A program made the position numbers and the translations under genes. Below are positions 18,656 through 30,668 of a DNA stretch of 64,000 nucleotides, in pieces; position 1 is the stretch's first letter; every line of letters starts with the position of its first letter. The stretch is from positions 11,925-75,924 of the forward strand of contig CAWJTV010000007.1 in assembly GCA_963845755.1 (NCBI GenBank), in the 5' to 3' direction. This DNA is from an uncultured Planctomycetota bacterium. Lineage in GTDB: Bacteria > Planctomycetota > Planctomycetia > Isosphaerales > Isosphaeraceae. The notes beneath the pieces were generated by a model. It did no database searches. It saw only the letters and a list, made by a program, of their open reading frames with translations, and was not told the DNA's origin.

Positions 18656-19653
18656 TGAGCTCGCTCTTCGTTAATGGGTTCGTCGGCCCGGGGCTTGACG
18701 CCGCGGAAGTTGCCGAATGCCGCCCAGAGCCGCAAGCCCTCGCGCGCCGTGAGCGAGTTGATGACCTGCTCGGGGTTGCCGCGTAGGAGCCAGGGCGGGT
18801 ATCGGCAGAGTCGCGCCACGGCGCGGGCCAGGGCCAGGCGGTCGGGCTGGCTGTGCTTGCCGACCCTGACCCGAATGTTCCGATATTGGGGCGCGACGAA
18901 CAAGTGGAGGTGGTCGGCATCCACGGCCAGGAGCTGCCGGATCGCGACGACCCAGCCGCCCGGATCACGTCCGCGGGCGTCTGTCGAGACGGCGATCGTC
19001 TCGTACCCGCCGAGCGATGAATACTTCTGCAGCTCGTGCTGCCGAAAGAACGGCCCGAACGGGATGCCGCGCGGCGGCTTGCGGACGCGGTCGGCCAGGA
19101 ACGCGGTGAGGAGCCCGGGATCCGGGCCTGGAATCCGATGGGTTCGACTGATCTCGACCAGGCTGCACGCCGGCATCTTGGGGCGACGGCTCGTACTCGC
19201 ATCGGGCGGGAAGAAGACTCTGTCCGCGAGGTTCCAGATCGTCATCGCGGCCCGTCCCCAACAGAACGGGCAAAGCGAGCTGAGGCCGCACGAGCTGGAC
19301 GGCCGCGCCGCGCCGAACGGCGGGCTGCAATTGCGGAGCTGCGAGATCCTTCGCTCCCTCCGGTCCAGGGCTCGGTCGTCGGCGCCGGGCTCCCAGCCGG
19401 CGTCGACTAGTTCGGCGACCCGTCGCCGCCAGAGGTCGATCAGGTGAACGACCTGGGGATGACGCCGCTGGAGGTTGCCAACGCGGCCAAACAGCGGATA
19501 GAGCACGGCGTCGATGCCGACGTTGGAGAGGAGCGAGAAGCGGGGCTGGGCGATCTTGAAAACGATGTCGCCGGGACCGGCGCGTCCGGACCTGTCGCCT
19601 GCCACGCACGCCGGATCAGGTTCAGGATTGCACCGCATGCGCTGTAGCGTCAC
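18631..19653 (-). CDS. Zn-finger protein, divergent Rep_1-like (paralogue of 2917-3897)
   Basis: AVLYPLFG, LRNCSP, SCGLSSLCPFCWGR, WVVAIRQ, RLCRYP, AREGLRLWAAFGNFR. Confidence 0.6.
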   Translation of the reverse strand: MTLQRMRCNPEPDPACVAGDRSGRAGPGDIVFKIAQPRFSLLSNVGIDAVLYPLFGRVGNLQRRHPQVVHLIDLWRRRVAELVDAGWEPGADDRALDRRERRISQLRNCSPPFGAARPSSSCGLSSLCPFCWGRAAMTIWNLADRVFFPPDASTSRRPKMPACSLVEISRTHRIPGPDPGLLTAFLADRVRKPPRGIPFGPFFRQHELQKYSSLGGYETIAVSTDARGRDPGGWVVAIRQLLAVDADHLHLFVAPQYRNIRVRVGKHSQPDRLALARAVARLCRYPPWLLRGNPEQVINSLTAREGLRLWAAFGNFRGVKPRADEPINEERAQCPCQTTT

Positions 19654-20561
19654 CGGCGAAGTCGCCGGCCCTCCTCAGGCGTTCCAGCGAGGCCGATGGG
19701 CGATCCTCGCGTACTGGTATTAAATATTCCTTTAGTACCATCTCTTCTTCGCTGCGCTCAGAGAGAACTAACAATCGACAAACGGGGCCGAGTACGGCCC
19801 CCCGTTTGTCTGTCATTGGCTTTTCTTTCTTCTTGAAGAAACCCTACCAACAGCAATCCCTGACGTCGAGCAACGATAGCGTCGCCGACAAGATCATGCA
19901 CACCCTCGCACCTTCGGACAATCGACTATCTCGTGCCGGATTCGGGGCAAGATGGGCCGATCCCTCGGCTCGCACTGGTGCTTCCGGCGCGAATCGAGGC
20001 CGAATGGCAGGCCAAGGCAGGTCGGCCACGTCCTTGGTCGATACGGCGGTCGTAGTCGAGTCGATGACGCTGCTCAATGCCTCGTCTGATCGAGATCGCC
20101 GCGACGAACGATGGGTTGGACCGGGTCAACAGGAGGATCGGCGATCTATCACCGCTCGATCTCGAGGGACTCGCGGTCTATTCGACGCCGGATCCCGTCG
20201 ATTGACGCGGCCTCGACGTTGATCGGGACGACATCGCTGCCTCGCCCGAGCTGGAGCCTGGCGATCGGGTCGGCAGGTTCTCGGCGGCGCTGGCGCTTCG
20301 GCCTCGCCCCGGCGTAGCCCGCTCGGCGCACTGCGCCGCGGGCGGTGGCCGGCGCGTGCACGGGAAAGACCTACCGCTCGATCTTCGGCCTAGACACCAC
20401 GGGCGGGTACGATGACGGGCAGGACGAAGATCAGAGTAGGACTCGAACCTCGCCGACCGATACCTACCACGATGGACGCCGGATAGAGATCGGTTGGCGG
20501 TGGCAGGAGGCTCCTGGACGATCACCGGACCCGTGGTCTGATCCCTCTTTACCGATGCTTC

Positions 20562-20706
20562 GAGACAGGAATGGCGACCTCACGCTAATCGAGCGGCTAC
20601 TCGCCGCCGGACATGATGTCCGCAGCGTCTTCCAGAGACAGGAATGGCGACCTCACGTTAATCGAGCGGCTACTCGCCGCCGGACATGATGTCCGCAGCG
20701 TCTTCC
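20562..20706 (+). repeat. Tandem duplication, period 73 bp, 1 mismatch
   Basis: gagacaggaatggcgacctcacg(c/t)taatcgagcggctactcgccgccggacatgatgtccgcagcgtcttcc at 20562 and 20635. Confidence 0.95.
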
Positions 20707-21204
20707 GAGTCGTCGAGGTCGAGACAGGCCGCTGGATTTCGGGGAATGCTCCGCACCCTCGTCCTTCAATCCGCCGGCGCCACACCGAACCATCCGGACG
20801 ATCGGGTGACGAACGTGCCATTCCTCAGCCGGCAATCGATGGAGGTCGGGCGGGCCGCGCGACGGCCGTGGGCGGGCATCAACGTCTGGCTCGGTTCGAG
20901 CGGGACGATCCCGTCTCTCGAGCGGCGTCGGGTTCTCCACGTGGCGGCGAACGGGTTGGCGGCCCTTGGGACGCCGGCCCCGGCGAAAGGCGGAGGAAAC
21001 GGCCAGGACGTCTCGGCCGGAGCTGGGCCAGAGGCCGCAGGCGCAAGGCCCGGAACGTCGATCTCGAGGCTTCCGATTCTGCCCGATTCGAGAATCTTGA
21101 GATGATCGTGGCGGGGCGGTACCCTCCCGCGGAATCCGGGTAACGCGCATGAGGTCGTCACACAACGACGCGAATCACGACCGTCTGACTGGAGATCGAT
21201 CAGA

Positions 21205-22631
21205 ATGGCGAAAACCAGGTCGAGAAGTGCGCCGAAAAGTCGGCGGCGTAAGCGGTCACGGGTGGCGCCCCCCGTTGACAGATGCGGCGCGCCGCCGGGG
21301 TTGACCCCGCGTGACCCGACTCGCGGAGTCGTTGACGCGGCCATCGAGCCCTGGCAGATCGTCGACGCCGAGCCCCCTCGAATTTCAACCGGCGCCGAAC
21401 CAACCGCGGGGCGGAACTCCGACGCGTTCCCGACGGCAGACCAATTGGAGGCGATCGAGACGCGGATCGCGGCGCACCTCCAAAGGATTCGAAAAGCCTT
21501 CCGCATCGCGATCGACGAGCGGATCGCCGTAGGTAAGTGCCTCGGGGAGGCGAAGAGGATTTGCGAGCACGGTCGATGGCTCGCCTTTCTGAAGCGATTC
21601 GGCCTCAACGATCGCACGGCCCAGGAGTGGATGCGCTTCGCTGAGCATGAGGCGCTCATCAAGGAAAAAACGCACGGTCGTGCGGATTTGACGGTCGAGG
21701 CCGTGCGGAAGATGCTGCCTTCCTCGAGGAAGGCGACCGGTCAAGGACGAAAGACGGGGTCGGCCAACGGCTCGGGCCCGGGCTGCGGCGGTGCACGCGA
21801 TCGCACCCCTGATGACGGGGCTGGCTCGACGATCGGAGCGGGGGATCGACGCGACGCGACGACCGGGGCCTCCGCGGACGCCCCGCAGGGTTCCGACGCG
21901 AATCCGGCTACCGATGGGCCGGACGAAACTGTAGCGACGGATGCGTCGGAAGGGCCGGCGAGCGAGTCCCTGTGCGACGGCGACTGCGGCGACGGGGGCC
22001 GTCCCGCCGACGCAACGGGCAAGGATGCCAGGACGGGGGACGAGACCGCTTTGGGGCCGGAAACGGCATGCCGTGGCGACGCCGCCCGGTCGAAGGCCGA
22101 CGACGATGGGGAGTCGGTCGCAACTACGGCGGGATCGCCCGAGGAGACGGTCCACCGCCATGCGGCGTCGGAACGGTGTGATGCACCGGCAACGGGAAAT
22201 CCGAAGGCGCCTCCCGATCGGGGTGGCGACAACGCACGCGACGGCGTCGGGGAGTCCGCGGCGGCCACGACCGGTGGGCCGGAACGGGCGCATGCCGGCT
22301 CCTCGTCGTGGGCCGAGGAGCTGTCGCTCGAGGACGTCCCGCTTCGCGACCAGCTCGCCGATCCCACCATCTTCGACGCCCTGGCGAGACTCGAGCATCT
22401 GGCCAGGCCCCACTTCGCGGTCCTGGAGAAGCTCCTCGACGATGCGACGATTCAGTGGCATCTGAAGAACGCGGAGTTCAGGGCCCTGTCGATCGCAGTC
22501 CTGATCCACCGGCTGGTCAGTGTCCCCTCTTGCAAGTCGTGGATCCTCTGCTGGCGATGCCACGGCAATGGAAAGGCGGCCGGGGGGAATGCCTGCATGA
22601 CTTGCGGGGCGCGGGCTGCACCTTCCAATAG
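21205..22631 (+). CDS. DUF3102-type protein with low-complexity linker and C-terminal CxxCxGxG Zn finger (3' end uncertain; ORF track runs to 22893)
   Basis: IAVGKCLGEAKRICEHGRWLAFLKRFGLNDRTAQEWMRFA; CWRCHGNG..CMTCG. Confidence 0.7.
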
Positions 22632-23062
22632 CCTCAAATGTCCTCGCCCAGCCGCCTGGCATGTCCGCGGCCGTCGTTTCCGTCGCAGGTTGGCCCGCGC
22701 ATGGGCCATCGCCGTATCGGGGCTCTGCCAGCAGGGGGCACGACACACCATCGTCCTTGCGGCCCTTCCCCGGCCTGATCGGCCGGTTCGTAAGGATCCG
22801 GTTGAACGGTCGTGCCGGCGGCGGAGAAGCGTCATGGACAGGCGAGTATCGACAGGCGCCCTCGAGGCAAATGGGGCGTCGGTGAACGAGTGACGGAGAG
22901 CGGCCCGGGGGGATAAGTGGCCTCAAAGGCCGTACACGCCGACGCCCGGGGACGTGGAGGATGAAAAGAGATGTGCCCCCGATCGATGAATGGGGACAGG
23001 GCGGGCTCGACCTGCCAAGGTCCGGATGCGGCCCTCGACCTCGTCCCTGGATCCCACCGCGC

Positions 23063-23620
23063 TCAGGTGGCGTAATGGTCGACGACCTTGCCGATGGCCG
23101 CGGCCCCGCTACGGAGGTATCCCTCGGTCATCACCTCGTAGATCGTCACGCGGACGCACTTCCTCAGAATCGCCTCGGCCGCCGGGCAGGAGACCCGGGT
23201 GTAGTCCATCGCGGTCAGGCCCATCTCCTTGATTGGCCACCGCCCCGCGTAGAACCAGTGCCTCCGGGAGACCGGGTTCCCGTAGAGCGGCACCGGGACC
23301 TATCCCGCCGCGGCCGGCACCCCCTCGGCGACCAGCGCCCGGACCAGATCGGCCCGGTCGCAGGGGAAGGTTTCGGGGCGGACCGTCAGCATGCAGAACC
23401 AGTATGAGCGACTGTCAACTGGGCGGACCCGCAGCCGCTCGATGCCCGCCAGGCCGGCGATCTCGTCGTTCAGCAGTTCGCACAGCCGGCTTCTCCTCTC
23501 CGTGATCGACTCGACCCGCTCGAGTTGGGCAGCGGCGACCGCCACCTGCGGCTCGCACATCAGATAATTCGTGGCGAAGGTCGAGATGAGGCCCCTCTCG
23601 CCGAGCCGTTCGATCCCAAT
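23063..23620 (-). pseudogene. C-terminal fragment of a DegT/DnrJ/EryC1/StrS aminotransferase
   Basis: ATNYLMCEPQVAVAAAQLERV..RRSRL..SYWF..LVRALVAEGVP, in-frame TAG at 23300, then PLY..CPAAEAIL. Confidence 0.75.
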
Positions 23621-23889
23621 GTCGCCGAACCGATCGAGGCGCCGGCCGTCGGGAGATCCATGAGCGGCAGAGTGAGGACACCTCTGATCCCTCATTCCAA
23701 GTGGCTTCGGTGTCGTCGGACCGAAGCTCGCTAATGCAGTGGGCGCTCCGGGACCGCGGGCTCGGCCGTCTCGACCAAGGTCTCCGTCGGGTCGGATTCG
23801 ACCAGGCCGGGCCGGCGGCTCGGGGCCGTAACTCGGGTCGAGTCCGGTCGGGCGTCCGGGCGGCGGACGCCACCGGCCAGACCGGGTCG

Positions 23890-26427
23890 TCACAGGCGGA
23901 TCACCCGCCCGGTGATGTTGCCACCCTGGTTGCGCTTGACCTCGGTGCCGATCAGGACCACTGGCTGGCCCGCGGCGTCGGCGTAAATCCCACCTCCGGC
24001 GGAAGCGACGTTGTCGTCGACGGTGCAGAAGACCAGCGCGGCCGTCCCGCTGTTGAACAGGCCGCCGCCGTCCGTCCCCGCAAAGTTGCCCGAGAGGTCG
24101 CTCAGGATCAAGTCCAGCGCCCCGGTGTTGAAGATCCCGCCGCCGTCGCCCCAGGCGGCGTTGCCATCGATCGACGAGCCGAGGATCACGGCGGCCCCCG
24201 AGTTGGCGATCCCGCCGCCGTCCGCCGCCGCGTTGCCGACGATGGCGTCTCTGGACAGGGTGACCGTGCCGAGGTTGAGCAGCCCACCGCCGTCGTCCGA
24301 TGTGACGCCGCCAGTGATCGTCAGGCCGGAGAGGACCGCCGAGGCGCCCTGGTCGACCTGGAAGACGCGGTCCGCCCCGCCCCCGCTGACGGCCAGCCTG
24401 CCGAGTCCGGGGCCGAAGATGGCAACCGGCCCGGTGGCGTTGCTCAATTCGAGCGGGCCGTCAGCCAGGGTGATGACCGACTTCCTGGTGAAGGCCGATC
24501 TGTCGAAGGTGATGGTGGCACCGCCAGTGAGCACGTCGGCGAGATTGACGGCCTGGCGGAGACTGAGTTCTCCCGGGGGCGAGCCGAGCCCGTCGATCGC
24601 CGTGTTGACGACCAGCGGGCCGACGTGCGATTGAAAGGCGCCGAGGTTGACCGGGTTGTCCAGCGGAAAGCCGCGCTGGTCGGTGGTCACCCCGGCGACG
24701 GGGGTGCCGGCGTGGCGGGCCGGGCTGTTGGGCTGGAGGGCCATGGTCTCGGTCGGTCCGCCGTAGTCGCCCAGCGGGGCAAGCCCGGGGTTGGCGACGT
24801 TGAGCAGGTTGTGGCCGGCCGCCGTGAGCCCGCCCGAGCCGCCGGTGCCGACCAAGTTATAGGTGCCCGTGACGTCGCCGGGGTCGGTGCCGCCGATGTC
24901 GCCGGCGGCGCCTCCGATCCCGGTCGTATTACCGGCGACGATCGTGTCGGTCAGCGTCGTCCTGGACGTGTAGACCGGGCTGCTGTAGTTGTCGATGCCG
25001 CCCCCCTGCGGGGCTGAGTTGCCGCTGACCGTGCAGGCGACGAGGGATGCGGTGCCGTAGTTGAACACGCCGCCCCCCGCCGCGGCCGAGTTGCCGCTGA
25101 TCGTGCAGTTGGTGAGCGTCGCCATGCCATCGATCCCCACGCCGCCGCCGTAGCCGTTGCTGCCCGCGGCGGTGTTGTCGCTGATCGTACAGCCGGTGAT
25201 CGTCGCCTCGGCACCACCGCTGACCTGCACGCCGCCACCGGGAGAATCCGGATACGTGACGGCATTGCCGCTGATCGTACAGCCGGTGATCGTCGCCGTG
25301 GAACTGTATTCGACATCCACGCCGCCGGCGTAGATGAGCCCGGTGTTGCCGGTGATCGTACAGCCGGCGATCGTCACCTTGCCGGTGACGTTCAGGCCGC
25401 CTCCGTAGAGCCCGGTGTTGCCGCTGATGGTGCAGCCGGTGATCGTCGTATCGACGGGGAAGCGCGACAACACGCCGGTCTCGGAGTTGTTCTCTACCGT
25501 GCAGTCGGTGAGCGTGAAGCCGTTGCCGTATTGAACGCCGATGCCACTGCCGTCGTTGCCGTCGATGGAGCAATCGGTCAGCGTCAGCGTGTTGCCTTGT
25601 TGCATATAGACCCCGCCGGCGGAGCCCGACTCGCAGGTGTTGCCGGAGACGGAGCAGTCGGTGAGAGTCGCTGTGGCGCTGTTGAAGATCCCTCCGCCGC
25701 CGTTGTCACTGGTATTGCCGCTCAGCGTACAGTTTGCGAGGGTCATGGTGGCGGAACCTGGCACGACGCTCTGGCTACCATTGGACAGGCCGCCTCCGAT
25801 GAAAGCGGAATTGCCGGTGACGGTGCAATCCGTCATCGTCAGCGAAGCGTTGCTCGAAGGGGAGTTGAAGATCCCACCTCCCAGGGCGGCGGCGTCGTTG
25901 TCGCTGACCGTGTCATCGGTGAGCGTGACCGCTCCCTGGTTGTACAGGCCGCCGCCTTCGTTGAGGATGCTGAGGCTGTAGTTGCCGTCAGGGTCCGAGA
26001 CGCTCCCGCCGCGGATGGTCAGGCCCGAGATCGTCGCCTGGACGCCCGGGTCGATCTGGAAGACCCGACCGTTCTGGTCGCCGTCGATGGCGAGCTGACC
26101 CGCCCCCGGCCCGTCGATCGTGACCGCGGCGGTGTTGCTCAACTCGAGCTGGCCCGAGGTCAGCGTGATCGCCGTCTCTCCCGGTGACAGATCGAACTCG
26201 ATCTTGACCGCCTTGGGGGAATGGTTGGCGATGTTGACGGCGGCGCGGAGAGTGCCCGGGCCGGAATCCGCCGGGTTGGTGACCGGGATCACCTTCGACA
26301 GCAGCTGCCGGTCTTCGAGTGCGAGGACCACCGGCCTGGCCCCGCACCGGCGCCCGCCGCGGGGGTGAAACTTTCCCGTCAAGTTGACACGCTCTCCTCG
26401 CCGGGACCAACTGAGAAGGCTCTTCAT
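23890..26427 (-). CDS. Secreted right-handed beta-helix repeat protein (LEPR-XLL motif, choice-of-anchor-Q-like)
   Basis: ALEDRQLLS, DSGPGTLRAAV, many T-ISGN-A..GGG repeats, LAPLGDYGGPTETMAL..SPA..DQRG. Confidence 0.9.
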   Translation of the reverse strand: MKSLLSWSRRGERVNLTGKFHPRGGRRCGARPVVLALEDRQLLSKVIPVTNPADSGPGTLRAAVNIANHSPKAVKIEFDLSPGETAITLTSGQLELSNTAAVTIDGPGAGQLAIDGDQNGRVFQIDPGVQATISGLTIRGGSVSDPDGNYSLSILNEGGGLYNQGAVTLTDDTVSDNDAAALGGGIFNSPSSNASLTMTDCTVTGNSAFIGGGLSNGSQSVVPGSATMTLANCTLSGNTSDNGGGGIFNSATATLTDCSVSGNTCESGSAGGVYMQQGNTLTLTDCSIDGNDGSGIGVQYGNGFTLTDCTVENNSETGVLSRFPVDTTITGCTISGNTGLYGGGLNVTGKVTIAGCTITGNTGLIYAGGVDVEYSSTATITGCTISGNAVTYPDSPGGGVQVSGGAEATITGCTISDNTAAGSNGYGGGVGIDGMATLTNCTISGNSAAAGGGVFNYGTASLVACTVSGNSAPQGGGIDNYSSPVYTSRTTLTDTIVAGNTTGIGGAAGDIGGTDPGDVTGTYNLVGTGGSGGLTAAGHNLLNVANPGLAPLGDYGGPTETMALQPNSPARHAGTPVAGVTTDQRGFPLDNPVNLGAFQSHVGPLVVNTAIDGLGSPPGELSLRQAVNLADVLTGGATITFDRSAFTRKSVITLADGPLELSNATGPVAIFGPGLGRLAVSGGGADRVFQVDQGASAVLSGLTITGGVTSDDGGGLLNLGTVTLSRDAIVGNAAADGGGIANSGAAVILGSSIDGNAAWGDGGGIFNTGALDLILSDLSGNFAGTDGGGLFNSGTAALVFCTVDDNVASAGGGIYADAAGQPVVLIGTEVKRNQGGNITGRVIRL

Positions 26428-26819
26428 CGGATTGCTCCTGGAGGGTTAATCAACGAACGTTCAACAACCGAGCCGCTGATCCGAGGATCGCAGGCGCACC
26501 ACGTCCGCTCCGGTCGTGGATCGCCACGCGGTCCATGCGGCCTGCATCCCGATTTCGACTAACGTCAGGGCGGGCCGGCCTGTGGGCCGCTCGCGCCGGC
26601 TTGCGCCGTCACTCCCGGGCCTCATCCGGTCCAAGGCCTCAAAGGGCCGAGCTACCCGCGCCTGGGCGTCATCCCGTTCCGGGTCGGGGCGCTCGAGAAA
26701 GCGACCCGCCGGCCGAGGGCCGTCAGACGGGTTTCGACGGCCCTCGGGAAGATCGTGTTGACCGGGGGATCCGAGTCGGCCGGGTTCTACCCCGCGGCGA
26801 CGCGATCGGTCCCACCTCA

Positions 26820-27230
26820 TAATGCGAGAATCGGCGACCGCCTGCACGCCAGAAAAGGAAATCTCCTGGAGATCGCCCGGCCGCCGGGAGAGCCGGGCGC
26901 GGGCGAGGGCCCGGAGGCGGTCGGCGGCCCGGCGGCCGGTCGCCAGCGAATCGGCCGCCTGCCGCCGGCTCCTGCCGGCGAAGTGGCGGACCTTGACCGG
27001 GGAAAGGCCGATCGTCGCGCCGCTCCGGTTCGGTCAGGGCCTCGTCGAGGGCGAGCGAGAGGTCGGGCCGACCCTCGACGTCCGCCGGGGATCCGTCGAT
27101 GTCGAGCCTCCGGAGCGCTTCCCCGGCCTTCAGCGACCCTGCCCGCGGGCGCGGTCGAAGAGGATGCGCCGCATCGCCTCCGCGGCCTCGAAGAAGCGGG
27201 TCCGGCCGCGAGAGGGCCGACCGGGGGTCG
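26820..27230 (-). pseudogene. 5'-truncated copy of the ECF sigma gene plus its downstream DNA
   Basis: FFEAAEAMRRIL, DVEGRPDLSLALDEAL; DNA is a close copy of ~30620-31040, including aatgcgagaatcggc..cctgcacgc. Confidence 0.85.
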
Positions 27231-27299
27231 TACCCGATTGATGGGGAGGCCACCTCGAGCCCGCCTCTCGTCCCGTCGGCGGGTTGTCGAACCTGCCCC

Positions 27300-30200
27300 T
27301 CACCGGGCGAAGACGTCGGCGGGCAGGTCGGCCAGGCCGAGCCGCGCGGCCCACCGGGCCGCGTCCGCGGGCTTGCCCCAGGCCCGGTAGAGATCGATAG
27401 CGCGCCCTCCGGCCTCGTTCAGTTCGCCCCGGAGGGTCGCGGCGGTAGTCGCCTCTCGGGCCTTCATCCCCTCGTAGCCGGCGACGACCAGAGGCTCGGC
27501 CTCGGCGTACCGGCCCTGGACCAACAATGCCTCGCCGAGCACGCTGGCGGTGAGATAACGCGGCCGGGAGCCGGGCATCACCTTGGCGTAGATCGCCAGG
27601 CACTCGCGGAGCGGCGGCTCGGCCTCCGAACCCTTCCCCTGCTTCAGCAGGTTGCGGCCGAGGTTGAAGAGATCATTGGCCAGCCCGGTGTTGTCGGGTT
27701 TCGACTTCGCCCGGCTGCGGGCCAGGTTCTTGCGGAAGAGGGCCTCCGCGTCGGCCAGGCGGTTGAGGGACTGGTAGATGTTGCCGAGGAGGATGCGGTT
27801 ATAGAGCGTGTCGGCGTGGTCCGGGCCGGACTTCGCCTCGCGCCGCCTGAGCGTCGCCTCGAGGATCGGGACCGCCTCTGCGGGCCGGCCGGCGAGCCGG
27901 TAGGCGCTCGCGAGTTCGGTGCGGTTCGTGAGCGTGTCGGGGTGGTCCGGGCCGAGCTTCGCTTCCCGCTGCTTCAGGGTCGCCTCGAGGATCGGGATCG
28001 CCTTCGCGGCCCGGCCGGCGAACCGGTAGGCGCTCGCGAGTTGGATGCGTTTGGTGAGCGTGTCGAGGTGGTCCGGGCCGAGCTTCGCTTCGAACTGCTT
28101 CACCATGGACTCGAGGATCGGGATCGCCTCGCCGGCCCGGCCGGCGAGCTGGTACATGAACGCGAGGTTGCCGCGGCTGCCGATCGTGTCGGGATGGTCC
28201 GGCCCGAGCTTCGCCTCGAGCAGCCTCAGCGTCGCCTCGTGGGTCTTGACCGAATCGCCGTGCCGGCCGGCGGACAGGTAGGCGATGGCGAGGTTGTTGC
28301 GGCTGGCGAGCGTGCTGGGGTGGTCCGGCCCGAGCTTCGCCTCCTTCTGCTTCAGGGTCGCCTCGAGGATCGGGACCGCCTCCGGGGCCCGGCCGGAGGC
28401 CCGGTAGGCGATGGCGAGGTCGTTGCGGCTGGAGAGCGTTTTGACGTGGTCCGGCCCATACTTCGCCTCCGTCTGCCTCAGGTTCGCCTCGAGGATCGGG
28501 ATCGCCTCGCCGTCCCGGCCGGCGATATGGTAGGCGAGGGCCAGAGAGCCCCGCATCGAGATGGTCAGCTCCGGGTCGATGTCGGGTCTCGCCTCGCAGG
28601 CCGCCAGCGCCGCCGTCAGCAGCGGGATCGCCTCCGCGGCCCGGCCGTTCTCCGCGTAGCGCCGGAGCAGGGAATCTCGAGTCCTCAGCGTGTCGGGATC
28701 GTCGAGGCCCAACGCCGATGTCTGCCGGCCCAGGACCTCCTCCATCAGCGACTCCCCCTCGGCCCGTCTCCCGGCATCCCAGATCGACCGGGCCCATCGG
28801 GACGCGCTGGAGAGCGCCTCGCGGCTCGACGACCCCAGGGCCGCCTCGCGGGCCGCCCGCGCCTTGCGGTGGGCCTCCTCGGCCTTCGGGCTGAGGCCCA
28901 GGCCGTCGTACGACCGGCCCAGGGCGTCGAGCAGGGCCCCCTGGGTCGCCTTCGAGCCGGCGAAGTCCTTGTCGAGCCCGGCCAGCGCCTGGTCGAGGAT
29001 GTCTGCCACCTTCACGTCCCGGCCCTCGGTCGCTGGGTCGGGCTTCTTGAAGGCGTTGACGAGGAACTTGCCGACCGCCTCGGCCTGGTCGCGGGCCTGC
29101 TCCGCATCGGCCAGCCGGCTCGTGGCCAGCCGCTCGGCCGATCGGGCGGAGGGCCAGGTAGCCGCTCACCGCCGTCGCCGCCAGCAGCAGCGCCGCGAAG
29201 GCCGACGCCGACGCCAGCGCCCGGCGGTTCTTGCGGGCGAGCTTCCCCAGCCGGTACCGGCGCGACGGCGGGCACGCCTCGACCGCCTCGTCGGCGAGAT
29301 AACGCTCGACGTCGAGGGCGAAGCCGCTGGCCGACTCGTATCGCCGCGCCCGGTCCTTCTCCAGCGCCCTCATCACGATCCAGTCGAGCTCGCCGCGGAC
29401 GAGCTTCCTCAGCCGCGCCGGCTCGGTGTGCCGCCGCGCCGCGATCGACGGCAGCGCCTCGCCCGAGTCCGACAGCCGCTTGCTCGGCCGCGGCGGCTCC
29501 TCCTCGCGGATCCGCCGGAGGATCTCGGCATAGCCCGCCTGGCGGAGCCGGGACCGCTCCAGCGGCGTCGAGCCGGTGAGCAGCTCATAGAGCAGCACGC
29601 CGAGCGAGAAGACGTCGCTGCGTGTGTTGACGTCCTGCGCGCTCAGCGCGGCCTGCTCGGGGCTCATGTACTCCAGCGTCCCGACGATGGCGCCGAACTG
29701 CGTGAACAGCGACCGCTCGGTGAGTCGCTGGCCGGTCGCTTTGGCGATGCCGAAGTCGATCACCTTGGGCGTCGGCCGGCCGTTGACGAGCGTGACCAGC
29801 ACGTTCGACGGCTTGACATCGCGGTGGATGATCCCCTTCTGATGGGCGTGCTGGATCGCCCGGCAGACGGGCACGAACAACTCCAGCCGCTCGCGGGGCG
29901 TGAGATGGGCTTCGTCGCAATACTCGGTGATCGGGACGCCCTTGACCAGCTCCATCACGAAGTAGGGCCGGCCGGTGCCGGTGGCGCCGGCGTCGAAGAC
30001 CTTGGCGATGTTGGGATGGTCCATCAGGGCCAGGGCCTGGCGTTCGGCCTCGAAGCGGGCGACGACCTGGCCGGTGTCCATCCCGGGTTTGATGATCTTG
30101 AGCGCCACCTTGCGTCGGACGGGCGTCTCCTGCTCGGCCATGTAGACAACGCCCATGCCGCCTTCGCCGATCTGCTGGAGCAGCTTGTACGGCCCGATCC

Positions 30201-30583
30201 GGGAGCCCGGCCCCTCGGCGAGTGGGCGGTGGCCCGGTCCGTCGGGCGCGGGGCGCGTCCGCGACGAACTCCTGTGTCGGCTCGGCCGGCCGGGCGGCGG
30301 TCGCGGGGCCGTCGCCGGTCGCGGTGGCCGAGTCCACGGCCTCCTTCCCGGGCAGGGTCGAGGCCGCGCCGCTCTCCCCGGGCCGGACCTCGGCCAACCC
30401 CGGGGCGGGGTGATCCAGGAAGGTCCCGGCTTGTTCGTGCGCCATCAGGAGGGCCTGGACCTTGCGCCAGAGCTCGGCGTCATCCCCGCAGGCCCGATCC
30501 ACGATGGTGGCGCGCTCGGCGGGCGAGCCGGCCTCGACGGCCCGCAGGAAGATCTCGTTGACGAGGGGATCCCAGTCGGCCAT
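27300..30583 (-). CDS. Ser/Thr protein kinase with C-terminal TPR repeats (several frameshifts)
   Basis: [12 protein letters not shown] start; [30 protein letters not shown]; 42-aa LGPDHPDTL repeats. Confidence 0.92.
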
Positions 30584-30668
30584 GTTGCCACCTCGGGGAG
30601 ACGCGGTCGGTTCCCCCTCCAATGCGAGAATCGGCCACCACCTGCACGCGGAGGGCGGAAGAATCTCC

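Noticed and set aside
27780..28560. 126-bp periodic repeats resembling an array
   Set aside because: They are coding TPR repeats of the kinase, not CRISPR
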